Positions 28,401 to 36,342 of a stretch of DNA of 64,000 nt are shown piece after piece; within the stretch, counting starts at the first letter, position 1, and each line of letters starts with the position of its first letter. The DNA is taken from positions 64,001 through 128,000 of IMG/VR virus record IMGVR_UViG_3300036774_000066; one strand, written 5' to 3'. Origin of the DNA: a virus. A model generated the notes under the pieces. That model had not been told where the DNA came from and made no database searches. It worked only from the letters and a program-made list of their open reading frames with translations. The position numbers and the translations under genes are program-made.

Positions 28401-28877
28401 TTATCTCGTGACTATCAGCCTATTAAACCCCTTATCAAAGTTCTGCGGTTGTTTCCTGTAGTTCCAATTCTCAGTAAATCCTGCCTCTGTGTAAATACCC
28501 ATCGGGTAAACACACATAGCAATAAACTCTGCATCTACCCGGACTTCTCCCCGTACTCTCATGTATGCTTCAACCGTCTCAATCAAAGCAAGTACAGCCC
28601 TTGCAGGCGTATCACAGAATATCAAAACAAGCACCAGTAAAGCACTTGCCTCGAACTTCGGAAGATGAAACACAGCAATTCTCTTTTCCATCAGATCAAT
28701 CAAGTGAGCGTACTTCCGAGTTTCCTCCAACATTCCTTCCAAATCAGCAGTATTCCCTTTGTCCATCAAAGCAATCTTGATAAGCACCGAACTTTCCTCT
28801 TTAGTTAGAGGACGTACCTCATACGGAGTTGTAGCAACCAACGGATAATCAGGGACCATCAAGTTACGCAATGTCAT
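28401..28877 (-). CDS. Hypothetical protein
   Basis: GAGG RBS. Confidence 0.6.
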   Translation of the reverse strand: MTLRNLMVPDYPLVATTPYEVRPLTKEESSVLIKIALMDKGNTADLEGMLEETRKYAHLIDLMEKRIAVFHLPKFEASALLVLVLIFCDTPARAVLALIETVEAYMRVRGEVRVDAEFIAMCVYPMGIYTEAGFTENWNYRKQPQNFDKGFNRLIVTR

Positions 28878-28893
28878 ACGTCACCTCTCCGGT

Positions 28894-28915
28894 TAATACG
28901 ATTTTATCCTACAAA
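28894..28915 (-). promoter_or_regulatory. Putative phage-sigma promoter variant TTTG-N11-CGTATTA
   Basis: Motif variant upstream of 28877 start. Confidence 0.45.
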
Positions 28916-29188
28916 CTTCTTAGATAATGAACCAAGAAGATGCTCTCCTATTCGGCAAGGAGTATTACCCCTCTCATACTGCTCATGCGCAAAGCAAGGA
29001 GTCTCATTGTACCAAGGCATAGCATGAACAGCATAAGAATATTCACCGGGCTTACTCCCTTGTAAATGCTTACACGGACCAATGCCCTCATGGAAAACAA
29101 TATTGCCTTCCACCGGACCCTTTACAGGATCGTCAACAATAGGAACACATAAGCGAATGCAGCAGTAACCGCAATGCAAACAAATCAT
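28904..29188 (-). CDS. YkgJ-like Cys-cluster protein
   Basis: CLHCGYCC...PCKHL; ATG 29188 with GAGG RBS. Confidence 0.6.
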   Translation of the reverse strand: MICLHCGYCCIRLCVPIVDDPVKGPVEGNIVFHEGIGPCKHLQGSKPGEYSYAVHAMPWYNETPCFAHEQYERGNTPCRIGEHLLGSLSKKFVG

Positions 29189-29189
29189 G

Positions 29190-29384
29190 TTATCCTCGCT
29201 GTACCATCCAAAACTCGTCACCCCACTCATCCACGTTAGGTACAGGCAAAGCATGACTAAGCATCTCATGAAGTTTCTTATTCTCTTTTTCCAACCTTTC
29301 ATACTCCTCAATGTAAACCCAAACCCCCGCTGGATTTTCCAACATTTCTCGGTTTGCATAACAAGGCAAATACTTCTTAGGCAT
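29190..29384 (-). CDS. Hypothetical protein
   Basis: Start inside 18-bp repeat. Confidence 0.55.
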   Translation of the reverse strand: MPKKYLPCYANREMLENPAGVWVYIEEYERLEKENKKLHEMLSHALPVPNVDEWGDEFWMVQRG

Positions 29385-29682
29385 GACCAGACCTTTCATA
29401 TCTTAAAAGATACTCAATATCCTATCCTAAAGAAATACTCAATTGCCGAATGCACGAGAATCAGGTGCGTCTTTGTCCTGAAATATTCATACGGATTGTA
29501 AAGATTCAAAGCAAGTTCCCGGTACATATCCGGGTAGAACTTCTTGACCAACGCATTGACCTTACGTTTGCAAGCTCTCTTCGCTCCCTGCATCAGTCGC
29601 TCCCACTCCGCAGAAGTGCAGTCCACACATCTTGTCTCATACTCTATGGTAACGTCACTGTACTGCATGACCAGACCTTTCA
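29381..29682. repeat. 18-bp direct repeat at 29381-29398 and 29665-29682 (RBS plus ATG)
   Basis: gcatgaccagacctttca twice. Confidence 0.85.
29414..29668 (-). CDS. Hypothetical protein
   Basis: ILVHSAIEYFF; start inside repeat. Confidence 0.6.
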   Translation of the reverse strand: MQYSDVTIEYETRCVDCTSAEWERLMQGAKRACKRKVNALVKKFYPDMYRELALNLYNPYEYFRTKTHLILVHSAIEYFFRIGY

Positions 29683-29966
29683 ATGTCTCGAAGAAAGTTG
29701 CAGACCTTCAACACGGCAGGATACGGGACACAATACTGCATCCCCACAACCTGCATAGAAATATCACCTTCACGAATCCCCTCTTTGTAAAGCTGCTCGG
29801 CAAGGACCGCGAGCGGATCATTCTCAATGACTGCCTGTATCCTTGCCGCAATCTGCTTTTGTGTAGATAGCACTTTTTTTACCTCACCGTATTTGGCATC
29901 CGGCAGGTACTTTTTCACGCTATCTGTCACTCTCTGGATTGTTTTGTCTCTCATTTCATACTCCAC
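29655..29966 (-). CDS. Hypothetical protein
   Basis: ORF. Confidence 0.55.
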   Translation of the reverse strand: MEYEMRDKTIQRVTDSVKKYLPDAKYGEVKKVLSTQKQIAARIQAVIENDPLAVLAEQLYKEGIREGDISMQVVGMQYCVPYPAVLKVCNFLRDIERSGHAVQ

Positions 29967-30397
29967 TTTCCGTCAACGATCTTTCCCCTTGGGTAATCTT
30001 TCGGGTCAAGCCCGATGTCCCGAATCGACCCAAGAAGCAGATCATAGTTGTCTTCAATCCGGCTCCCGTGCCGTCGCACATACTCCCCCAACTCGATCTC
30101 TTGTGTGTGACCTACATGGTCAATAATATCCTTGACACACAGAGAAACCTTTGCAGTGACCTCTACCTTGACCCGAACAGCAATAGCCGGAATACTCAGG
30201 CTGTCCACCAAAACCGGGCTTAAAGTCAAGTCCTGCTTAGAAAGGTCTTGTATCGTGTGAATAGCCTCATCGTCGGTCAGGATTACCTTATCCTTGCCAA
30301 CAATAGCCGCGTTGATCTCGGAGAAAGGCAGGTCACATTTCCCGTCCGTCAGACACCGCAATGCAGTTCTCAAATCATAAACCTTGACTTTTGCCAT
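29951..30397 (-). CDS. Hypothetical protein
   Basis: ORF. Confidence 0.55.
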   Translation of the reverse strand: MAKVKVYDLRTALRCLTDGKCDLPFSEINAAIVGKDKVILTDDEAIHTIQDLSKQDLTLSPVLVDSLSIPAIAVRVKVEVTAKVSLCVKDIIDHVGHTQEIELGEYVRRHGSRIEDNYDLLLGSIRDIGLDPKDYPRGKIVDGKWSMK

Positions 30398-30403
30398 AAA
30401 CAC

Positions 30404-30598
30404 CTACCCCTTTCTTTTAAGATAATTGTGGTATTCCTTCACCATGTCATCTGTATTCTTCCATCCGGCAACCGTCAGAAGGTGATGATCCTGATTGACA
30501 ATCGAAGCAGCACCAGAAATCAAGTCAAGATCATACAACGAGGTAGAAATAGCCTCGTGCTTTTCGTCATACTTTGTAAATGCTCTGTACTTAGGCAC
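30404..30598 (-). CDS. Hypothetical protein
   Basis: GAGG RBS, GTG start. Confidence 0.5.
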   Translation of the reverse strand: MPKYRAFTKYDEKHEAISTSLYDLDLISGAASIVNQDHHLLTVAGWKNTDDMVKEYHNYLKRKG

Positions 30599-30600
30599 AA

Positions 30601-30795
30601 TTACCTCTTATCAAGCGAGGTAAGGGAATTAGAACACCTCACCCGACTCACCAAAACCCGACTCGTCACAACAGCATCCTTGAAGCACACAACATACTTC
30701 TCCGAATCTGACTCCTCCCGGTCCAACTCCAACCGTATAACAGCATTGGGAGTTCCAGCCGGATAATCCTCGTATCTCTTGACTCTCTTGCTCAT
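30601..30795 (-). CDS. Hypothetical protein
   Basis: AGGAG RBS. Confidence 0.5.
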   Translation of the reverse strand: MSKRVKRYEDYPAGTPNAVIRLELDREESDSEKYVVCFKDAVVTSRVLVSRVRCSNSLTSLDKR

Positions 30796-30866
30796 ACTCT
30801 ATTCTCCTTTCCCATCCACTTATATAAGGCGCAAAATCTATACCTGATATATCAAAGGAAATCCCA

Positions 30867-31250
30867 CTAAACCGCCAAGTCCTTGTCCATAAGGGACATA
30901 AGACGGCTCAAGTCTGTAACGGAGAGAACTTGCTTCCAGTACCTTGTGATTTTTGCCTTGAGTATGGCAAACTGCTTTGCACTCAAGACCCGTCCCGCCT
31001 GAACCTGTCTCGCAAAACTTGACAGGATTTCAGCATCATAGGCACCAAACCCCACCCCATTGTCCTCCACCGTCTTTTCTATCTGCTGTTCTGCTGCTGT
31101 CTGTCGCGCATACACGACCTCCAAAGCCCGGAGTGCCCATCTCGGGTCAGTCCGCAGCTTCCCTTGCACGTACACCGCTATCTGCTTCTTGGTGTACTTC
31201 TTGGCCTTCAAAACAACTTTCTGCGTTCCCGTCTCTACTTGGCTACTCAT
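30867..31250 (-). CDS. Conserved-looking phage early protein
   Basis: YARQT..EQ....T...NGVGF...DA.ILSSFA.Q...LS.KQ; first gene after promoter. Confidence 0.65.
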   Translation of the reverse strand: MSSQVETGTQKVVLKAKKYTKKQIAVYVQGKLRTDPRWALRALEVVYARQTAAEQQIEKTVEDNGVGFGAYDAEILSSFARQVQAGRVLSAKQFAILKAKITRYWKQVLSVTDLSRLMSLMDKDLAV

Positions 31251-31274
31251 AACTTCGATCTCCTCTCTACTTCT

Positions 31275-31303
31275 AATATACAACGAATCAAGGGAAAAGT
31301 CAA
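31275..31303 (-). promoter_or_regulatory. Sigma70-type early promoter
   Basis: TTGACT-17-TATATT; IHF-like TTTCAATGACTTA at 31333-31345. Confidence 0.8.
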
Positions 31304-31351
31304 TAGTTTTCAAAACTTTTTTCTAACCTCTGTAAGTCATTGAAAACAAAT

Positions 31352-31383
31352 AAAAAGGGCAAGAACCTTTCGGCCCATGCCCC
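31352..31383 (-). terminator. Intrinsic terminator
   Basis: GGGCA...TGCCC with GAAA-capped inner stem plus TTTTT. Confidence 0.65.
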
Positions 31384-31418
31384 ATCACCATTCCACAACA
31401 ACCTTTTAGGAAATAAGG

Positions 31419-32231
31419 CTAAGTCGTACACTCCTTCAAAACTTCCTGCATCGCAGCAACTCCCACAGCATCCCCAGACGATTGACAGTCTGCCATAATT
31501 GACTGAGTATAGCGAGAATGGTAGTGATCCCTAATCAAGTCTTTCTTGCGTGTAAACCACCCTCCAATATGAGGAGGATAGACTACTTCTTTTCCTACTG
31601 CCCGTGCTCCTGTTGAATCCGGGGGAACCTGTGCCACAATATCTCGCCCGTTAATCACACGAGTACAGTCAACAGGAAGCATATTATACTGGTCCCTAAA
31701 GTCCTTCGTCCCTGCCCTTGGACACCCGAAAAAGATTGCTGAGTGTGGTATGTCAAGCTGCTTCCCAACATACCCAGAGCAAAGCGTTCCTAACGCCCCA
31801 CCCCTGGAATGACCTGTAATCAGAAGACTTTTCAGCTTCCAGAACCTCCAAAAACTTCCAGCACTCTTCTTGGTCACATGCTCTACATCTTCCTCACCAA
31901 TAGACTGCTTGATATACTGCAACAAATACTGAGTAACCGAAGGCTCAAAGTATTCCCATGATGTAAAGAATCCCTTATGCACAACATCACTTTCCCATTC
32001 AGACTTTCCAGCCAAAGGCAAAATATCAAAGTTAGACACCCACCCAAGATCATCTGACGTTGGACAAAAGGCAATCACAATTCGATCAGAAAATTCTGCT
32101 ATAAAGGCATAGTCAGTATCGTTCCACATAGGAGTAAAAATCAAACTGTCCGCTACAAGAGGGTGCGACGAATCCTCTGGCTTATGAGAAGCCCTCTCTG
32201 CAAACCGCCATGCATCTGCAATTGCTTTCAT
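31419..32231 (-). CDS. Class 3 lipase (alpha/beta hydrolase)
   Basis: VHKGF, ITGHSRGGAL, FGCPR.G, RV.N.RDIV..VPP, DH. Confidence 0.85.
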   Translation of the reverse strand: MKAIADAWRFAERASHKPEDSSHPLVADSLIFTPMWNDTDYAFIAEFSDRIVIAFCPTSDDLGWVSNFDILPLAGKSEWESDVVHKGFFTSWEYFEPSVTQYLLQYIKQSIGEEDVEHVTKKSAGSFWRFWKLKSLLITGHSRGGALGTLCSGYVGKQLDIPHSAIFFGCPRAGTKDFRDQYNMLPVDCTRVINGRDIVAQVPPDSTGARAVGKEVVYPPHIGGWFTRKKDLIRDHYHSRYTQSIMADCQSSGDAVGVAAMQEVLKECTT

Positions 32232-32241
32232 AAATCATCTC

Positions 32242-32919
32242 TTAACATCTGGAAAATCCACACGTACACGAAACACAGCCAGACTCATGCCGTAATTTCG
32301 CTCTACAGTCAGGGCAAAGTCCTTGACTTACCCAAAAATCTTCCCCTCTCCCCTCGTCACCAACAACCCTATGGGGTATAACTCCCAATCGTTCTGCCTT
32401 CTCAACAATTGACTCTTCCTTGTATTTCTGTTCCTCAACTTGATGTATGCGAACTTCTCTTGCCTCAATAGACTTTTCTCTAAGGTCTTCCGTCGCAGAA
32501 AAAATCGCCTTCAGTTCCCCTTGATGCTGTTCAAAAAACTTTTGCGCTTGTAAAGTCTTCTTCATTGCAGACGCTAAAGCCCGCGAACAAGAGGAATTTC
32601 CTGTCTTCTTAAACGCCTCATCCTTTCCGGCACGGTATCGTGCTGTCGGACACACCTCTGACTCCAATTGGTCAATAATCTCCTCAATAGGAGTTCCCCT
32701 CTGTAAGTGCAAAGAGACAAGCCGCCCCGTCATCTTTGTACTTGACGCACACCCACCCTTAGAGGATGATCCACAAAACACCTCTATCAACCGTACCTTA
32801 TCGTGCCAATTAAACTTAATAGAGAAGAATGCGGCACCACAACCTGTTTCTTCTCTGAATGTAAGTCCAATGGTAGGATTATCTCTGTGAACTCTTGACA
32901 GATTTGTAGTGTCATCCAT
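32242..32919 (-). CDS. TSCPD-domain protein (class II RNR C-terminal, NrdJb-like) with terminal Zn ribbon
   Basis: TGCG, EVF...KGGC, GRLVSL.LQ.G...EII.QL...C, SSC..A; CPDC...ESGC..C.CGFSRC. Confidence 0.8.
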   Translation of the reverse strand: MDDTTNLSRVHRDNPTIGLTFREETGCGAAFFSIKFNWHDKVRLIEVFCGSSSKGGCASSTKMTGRLVSLHLQRGTPIEEIIDQLESEVCPTARYRAGKDEAFKKTGNSSCSRALASAMKKTLQAQKFFEQHQGELKAIFSATEDLREKSIEAREVRIHQVEEQKYKEESIVEKAERLGVIPHRVVGDEGRGEDFWVSQGLCPDCRAKLRHESGCVSCTCGFSRC

Positions 32920-33410
32920 CAGAACTTCTCTCTTTCCTCTGTAAACATTTTATCCGTGACCTCTTTACACTTTAACTCGTCCACATTCGGAAAAATACCC
33001 ATCATGTGCTCGACAAAGCACAGAGTATTCTTTACCATCGCTTGCGGGTCAAGTTTGGTAAGGTCTAACTTGTAAACATCCCCATATCTCCATGTTCCCT
33101 TATTTGCATACTTAGTTCCAAAAAACTCCTTGTGAATCTCAGTCACCGAGTGCATTAACTCAAGCTGCTCCGGCACATCAGGATCAGCACAACACAAAAA
33201 TCCCTGAATCATACAATCGGCAAGGTCACGCATTGTCAAGCCTTTAACTTCAGTCTTTCCACGCTCCCCTTGGTCTGTCCACATCTGACCATTATAGGGA
33301 CGGTCCCTCGAATTGTCATAGTCAGACGATCCAAGAGTTGCAGAAAGTAAATGATCCAACTTCTTTTCAAAAGCTGGATCATCTACATCGACCACCGGAA
33401 CACCCTGCAT
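32919..33410 (-). CDS. Hypothetical protein
   Basis: ORF. Confidence 0.6.
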   Translation of the reverse strand: MQGVPVVDVDDPAFEKKLDHLLSATLGSSDYDNSRDRPYNGQMWTDQGERGKTEVKGLTMRDLADCMIQGFLCCADPDVPEQLELMHSVTEIHKEFFGTKYANKGTWRYGDVYKLDLTKLDPQAMVKNTLCFVEHMMGIFPNVDELKCKEVTDKMFTEEREKF

Positions 33411-33411
33411 A

Positions 33412-33849
33412 CTATCCCTTTGAAAAATCCGTGAGTTCCCCTACCCTCTTGACAAGTCTATCCTTGATCGTCGGGGCTTTCTTCAGTCGCGGATTCTTGT
33501 CATTGACCTCAATATACCCCTGCCGATTCTCAATGTGCTTCCACACCTCGCATCTTTGCAGATGCATAAGAAACGGCACAATGGCTGTGAATCTGCGAGT
33601 TACCCGGTCTTCCTGCTCTGTAAAGTCCAAGAAGGAAGTTGTACTCCGAAACGTGTACTTCGTAGACCGCATCCAGAAGCCTCCATTGGGCATCCTCTCA
33701 AGCACAAGAGTAATAGGCTTTCCTCCTATGGCTCGAAAAAGATGTATGTCTTCCCCCTTGACTGCGACCTGAAAGTAACCCTCCCCAATCAATCCGGCAA
33801 CTGCCGCCTTCGTTGACATACGCTTAACAACAGACTTAGCAGCACTCAT
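33412..33849 (-). CDS. Hypothetical protein
   Basis: ORF. Confidence 0.6.
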   Translation of the reverse strand: MSAAKSVVKRMSTKAAVAGLIGEGYFQVAVKGEDIHLFRAIGGKPITLVLERMPNGGFWMRSTKYTFRSTTSFLDFTEQEDRVTRRFTAIVPFLMHLQRCEVWKHIENRQGYIEVNDKNPRLKKAPTIKDRLVKRVGELTDFSKG

Positions 33850-34247
33850 TTTGTCAACCTCCTTACTTCAACACGTTTAGGTTTAATCAACTCCTCCACC
33901 TCAAGATGTATGCTACATGCCTTGTTTACAGCAGATACAAGTTCCTTCACCTGATTGTAACATGCAACATTTTCAGATACCCATATTGACGTATAAACTC
34001 TAATCCTGCTCCTCTTCTCCTTTGTCTCTCCCTCAGACTCCGCTGCATCTCTCTTGGAAAATCCCAATTTCTTTCTCCGTTTGTAAAACAAACTCATGTC
34101 CAACTTGAACTTTGGATGCGCCTCCTCAAACTGTGTAAAAGTAGCAGTAGGATTTTCTCTCAAAAAACGATCTACAAGACCGTAATTGATCTTCCTACGC
34201 TTCTTTACTTCCGATACACCTAACTCAGCCACAGCGTCCGTTTCCAT
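33846..34247 (-). CDS. Basic hypothetical protein (possible DNA-binding)
   Basis: K/R-rich; FL.ENP.A...YKRRKKLG. Confidence 0.55.
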   Translation of the reverse strand: METDAVAELGVSEVKKRRKINYGLVDRFLRENPTATFTQFEEAHPKFKLDMSLFYKRRKKLGFSKRDAAESEGETKEKRSRIRVYTSIWVSENVACYNQVKELVSAVNKACSIHLEVEELIKPKRVEVRRLTK

Positions 34248-34280
34248 AGCAACATCCTTTCTTCTTACAACATCATGAGT

Positions 34281-34357
34281 AAAAAAGGAGTCCTGTATAG
34301 AGGCCCATCCTCACCCTGCAAGGAGCAAACAAGAGAGCAAAGAGGTACAGGACTCCC
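34281..34357 (-). ncRNA. Candidate structured RNA C (terminator-like helix enclosing a ~48-nt insert)
   Basis: GGAGTCCTGTA/TACAGGACTCC (11 bp) plus TTTTTT; inner CCTC/GAGG, TTTGC/GCAGG, pyrimidine loop with CTCCTT. Confidence 0.5.
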
Positions 34358-34362
34358 ACCCG

Positions 34363-34554
34363 TCAAAGCTGTTTCTGAAATGTACTCCCAGAAGGAAAAC
34401 TGTTCGGCAACTTGATGTCATACGTGGTATCAGATATAACCTTCTGACCCGGAGAACAAAAATCACTGGCACTAACAGGGTCACTAAGATCATCAAGGAT
34501 AGAAATACACTCATCGCTCCCCGACTCGTTACTGCAATGGATAATGCGAACCAT
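34363..34554 (-). CDS. Hypothetical protein
   Basis: GGAG RBS. Confidence 0.45.
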   Translation of the reverse strand: MVRIIHCSNESGSDECISILDDLSDPVSASDFCSPGQKVISDTTYDIKLPNSFPSGSTFQKQL

Positions 34555-34556
34555 AA

Positions 34557-35141
34557 TTACTCCCTTATGTCAAGAGATTCCGACTCAAACTTCTCAAACG
34601 ACTTCATCCCCTTGATCTTCCCGGCCAACGCCTTACTAACCTTGTTGTACCAGGCAATATCCTTCTGACGCTTCTTGACCGTTTTGTTATACTCAGTCAC
34701 GAAAGCCAGAAACGCAGCATGAAAATCCTTTCGCCTCTTCCGCATATTATTGGTCCCGGTAATCAATCTCTCCCTCACGGCCTGCCGCCACTTGACAAGA
34801 TCATCAACCGTATTATCCTCAACTGCCTTTGCTTCCTGCACACAATGAAGAGCACTTTCCAAGTGAAGATTTAGAAACTCAGTAGAAAAAGACTTGCCAT
34901 GCGTCCATCTCTGACGCAGAAACTCCATCGTTCCTTCCGGGTCAAGTCCGATTCTCGCTCCTTCAGCAAAAATTCCTTCATACAACAACTTACGGTCTTT
35001 CCGAGCATTCTCCTTGACAAAATCATCTGCGATCCTTTTTGCACTATTGTCTATCTCAACAACCCGCTTTACATCATCAACATCAACGGTCTTCCTGACC
35101 TTAGCAACAGGGTTTCTTCTTACAACTTTCGTAGCCATCAT
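34557..35141 (-). CDS. Hypothetical helical protein
   Basis: AGGAG RBS. Confidence 0.6.
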   Translation of the reverse strand: MMATKVVRRNPVAKVRKTVDVDDVKRVVEIDNSAKRIADDFVKENARKDRKLLYEGIFAEGARIGLDPEGTMEFLRQRWTHGKSFSTEFLNLHLESALHCVQEAKAVEDNTVDDLVKWRQAVRERLITGTNNMRKRRKDFHAAFLAFVTEYNKTVKKRQKDIAWYNKVSKALAGKIKGMKSFEKFESESLDIRE

Positions 35142-35153
35142 ACACTCCTTCGG

Positions 35154-35507
35154 TTATCCGTTAATGGGGAAAAACGGCTCGTCACACTGCTCCAAACGTA
35201 CTTCCTCTGAAAGTGACCTCTGATACTTCTTACAAAAGCCAATACACCCTTCCTCAAGTGGAACATCCAAGTAAGTACACCCTTTACACGAAACACTCTC
35301 CACCTTGTAGTATTTGTATCCCCGTGCTATTCGCTTGGAGAAAAACGACCCGACAGAAGGTGCCGCCATCCACTCCTTCACTACCTCTTCCGAAACATCA
35401 TGATACTCATATAACGATCCGTTTTTGAACTTGACCTGAAGAACTTTTTTCGCAGGATTATGTGCGTATGCCTCAATGTTGGAAGAAGTAACCGGACTCA
35501 GCTTCAT
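35154..35507 (-). CDS. KTSC-domain protein with C-terminal Cys cluster
   Basis: VTSSNI.......L.V.F.NGS.YEY..V....W..A.SVGSFF...I. Confidence 0.88.
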   Translation of the reverse strand: MKLSPVTSSNIEAYAHNPAKKVLQVKFKNGSLYEYHDVSEEVVKEWMAAPSVGSFFSKRIARGYKYYKVESVSCKGCTYLDVPLEEGCIGFCKKYQRSLSEEVRLEQCDEPFFPING

Positions 35508-35534
35508 TTTCTCTCCTTTTATGGGTTCCCTTGA

Positions 35535-35556
35535 TAATACGTAAAAACACAAAAAA
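35535..35556 (-). promoter_or_regulatory. Putative phage-sigma promoter TTTT-N11-CGTATTA
   Basis: Upstream of KTSC gene. Confidence 0.55.
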
Positions 35557-35582
35557 GGGGAAGAGCTTTCACTCCTCCCCTC
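35551..35582 (-). terminator. Intrinsic terminator ending candidate RNA D
   Basis: AGGGGAGGAGT-GAAA-GCTCTTCCCCT plus TTTTT. Confidence 0.8.
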
Positions 35583-35790
35583 CGGTCAAGCTGCCGTGCG
35601 ACAAAGCCGCTGCTCTACTTTGCCGCGTTACCCCACTACGGGCCTACACTTTTGTTGATAGAGCGTAGTGGCTCCACCCTTTTGTGTGCAGGGGCGAGAT
35701 GTTGGTGCCCTGTAAGTTTCGGCAACTTTCTCTAACGAACCGGGCATCCTTCGGGAAAACCCCGTAAGGCACGCGCTGGTCCGCTCTCTG
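35551..35790 (-). ncRNA. Candidate stand-alone ~235-nt structured RNA D
   Basis: Flanked by promoter motif and terminator; GC-rich; stems GCGGACC/GGTTCGT, CGGG/CCCG, AAGTTGCCG/CGGCAGCTT, CCACTACG/CGTAGTGG, GCGGCAAAG/CTTTGTCGC. Confidence 0.7.
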
Positions 35791-35791
35791 T

Positions 35792-35813
35792 TAATACGCT
35801 GACCTCTCCAAAA
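35792..35813 (-). promoter_or_regulatory. Putative phage-sigma promoter TTTT-N11-CGTATTA
   Basis: Directly upstream of RNA D. Confidence 0.6.
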
Positions 35814-35817
35814 ATCA

Positions 35818-36219
35818 TCAGGACTTAGGCTTGTACTTTCGCAACAGACGACCATTACAATACGTCCCGGCTTTGTCCCATTGCCAAGGAGCATACCGAA
35901 ATACTGCTACCTCAACAGAATCCCCCTTCACCACATTGGCAAACTGACGGTCCTCGGAAGAAAAAGTCACGACCTCGTTGCCAATGTCAAGATCAACTGC
36001 AAAGGAAAATGTACCAGAGGGAAGCCCACCACCGGCACTACGCCCGGCAACCACAGACATACTCATGTTGGAACACGCCGTTACCTTTCCGATAAACTCC
36101 TTCCGAGAAAAGAACTTGTACCCCGCAGTATAGATAAGACTCCCGATGATTCCCACGATCACGACCACAACCATCAACTCAATGAGAGTGAAACCACGCA
36201 ACCACTTCTTCTGAAACAC
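35818..36219 (-). CDS. Type IV prepilin-like protein (N-terminal cleavage/methylation motif)
   Basis: GTG 36219 with GGGAG RBS; MFQKKWLRG|FTLIELMVVVVIVGII. Confidence 0.8.
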   Translation of the reverse strand: MFQKKWLRGFTLIELMVVVVIVGIIGSLIYTAGYKFFSRKEFIGKVTACSNMSMSVVAGRSAGGGLPSGTFSFAVDLDIGNEVVTFSSEDRQFANVVKGDSVEVAVFRYAPWQWDKAGTYCNGRLLRKYKPKS

Positions 36220-36243
36220 AACAGGCTCCCTTCTGTAAATGTG

Positions 36244-36331
36244 AAAAGGTACAAGGATAACTGGTTTTCGTGGCACACACCACGCGGGGAATCCCGTAAC
36301 CGCCTATTAGCCCTTCGCTATCCCTGTACCC
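36244..36331 (-). ncRNA. Candidate structured RNA E (14-bp helix plus U-tract enclosing a 3-way junction)
   Basis: GGTACAGGGATAGC/GTTATCCTTGTACC plus TTTT; inner GGTT/AACC, CGGG/CCCG, CGTGGT/GCCACG. Confidence 0.55.
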
Positions 36332-36342
36332 AAAAATCCTTC

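Noticed and set aside
35690-35790. glmS ribozyme or c-di-GMP-II riboswitch
   Set aside because: Only short words match (AGCGC, GGAUGCCCGG, GGGCAC); required cores such as GACGAGG or AGUGCAACCG are missing
35628-35894. 88-aa minus-strand ORF overlapping RNA D
   Set aside because: TTG start inside the pilin gene without an RBS, upstream of the promoter motif; region better explained as RNA
36244-36331. Hammerhead or pistol ribozyme
   Set aside because: GGUUA...GAAA-ACC and CGUGG/CCACG are suggestive, but the CUGANGA core and the pistol GCG/P3 elements are absent
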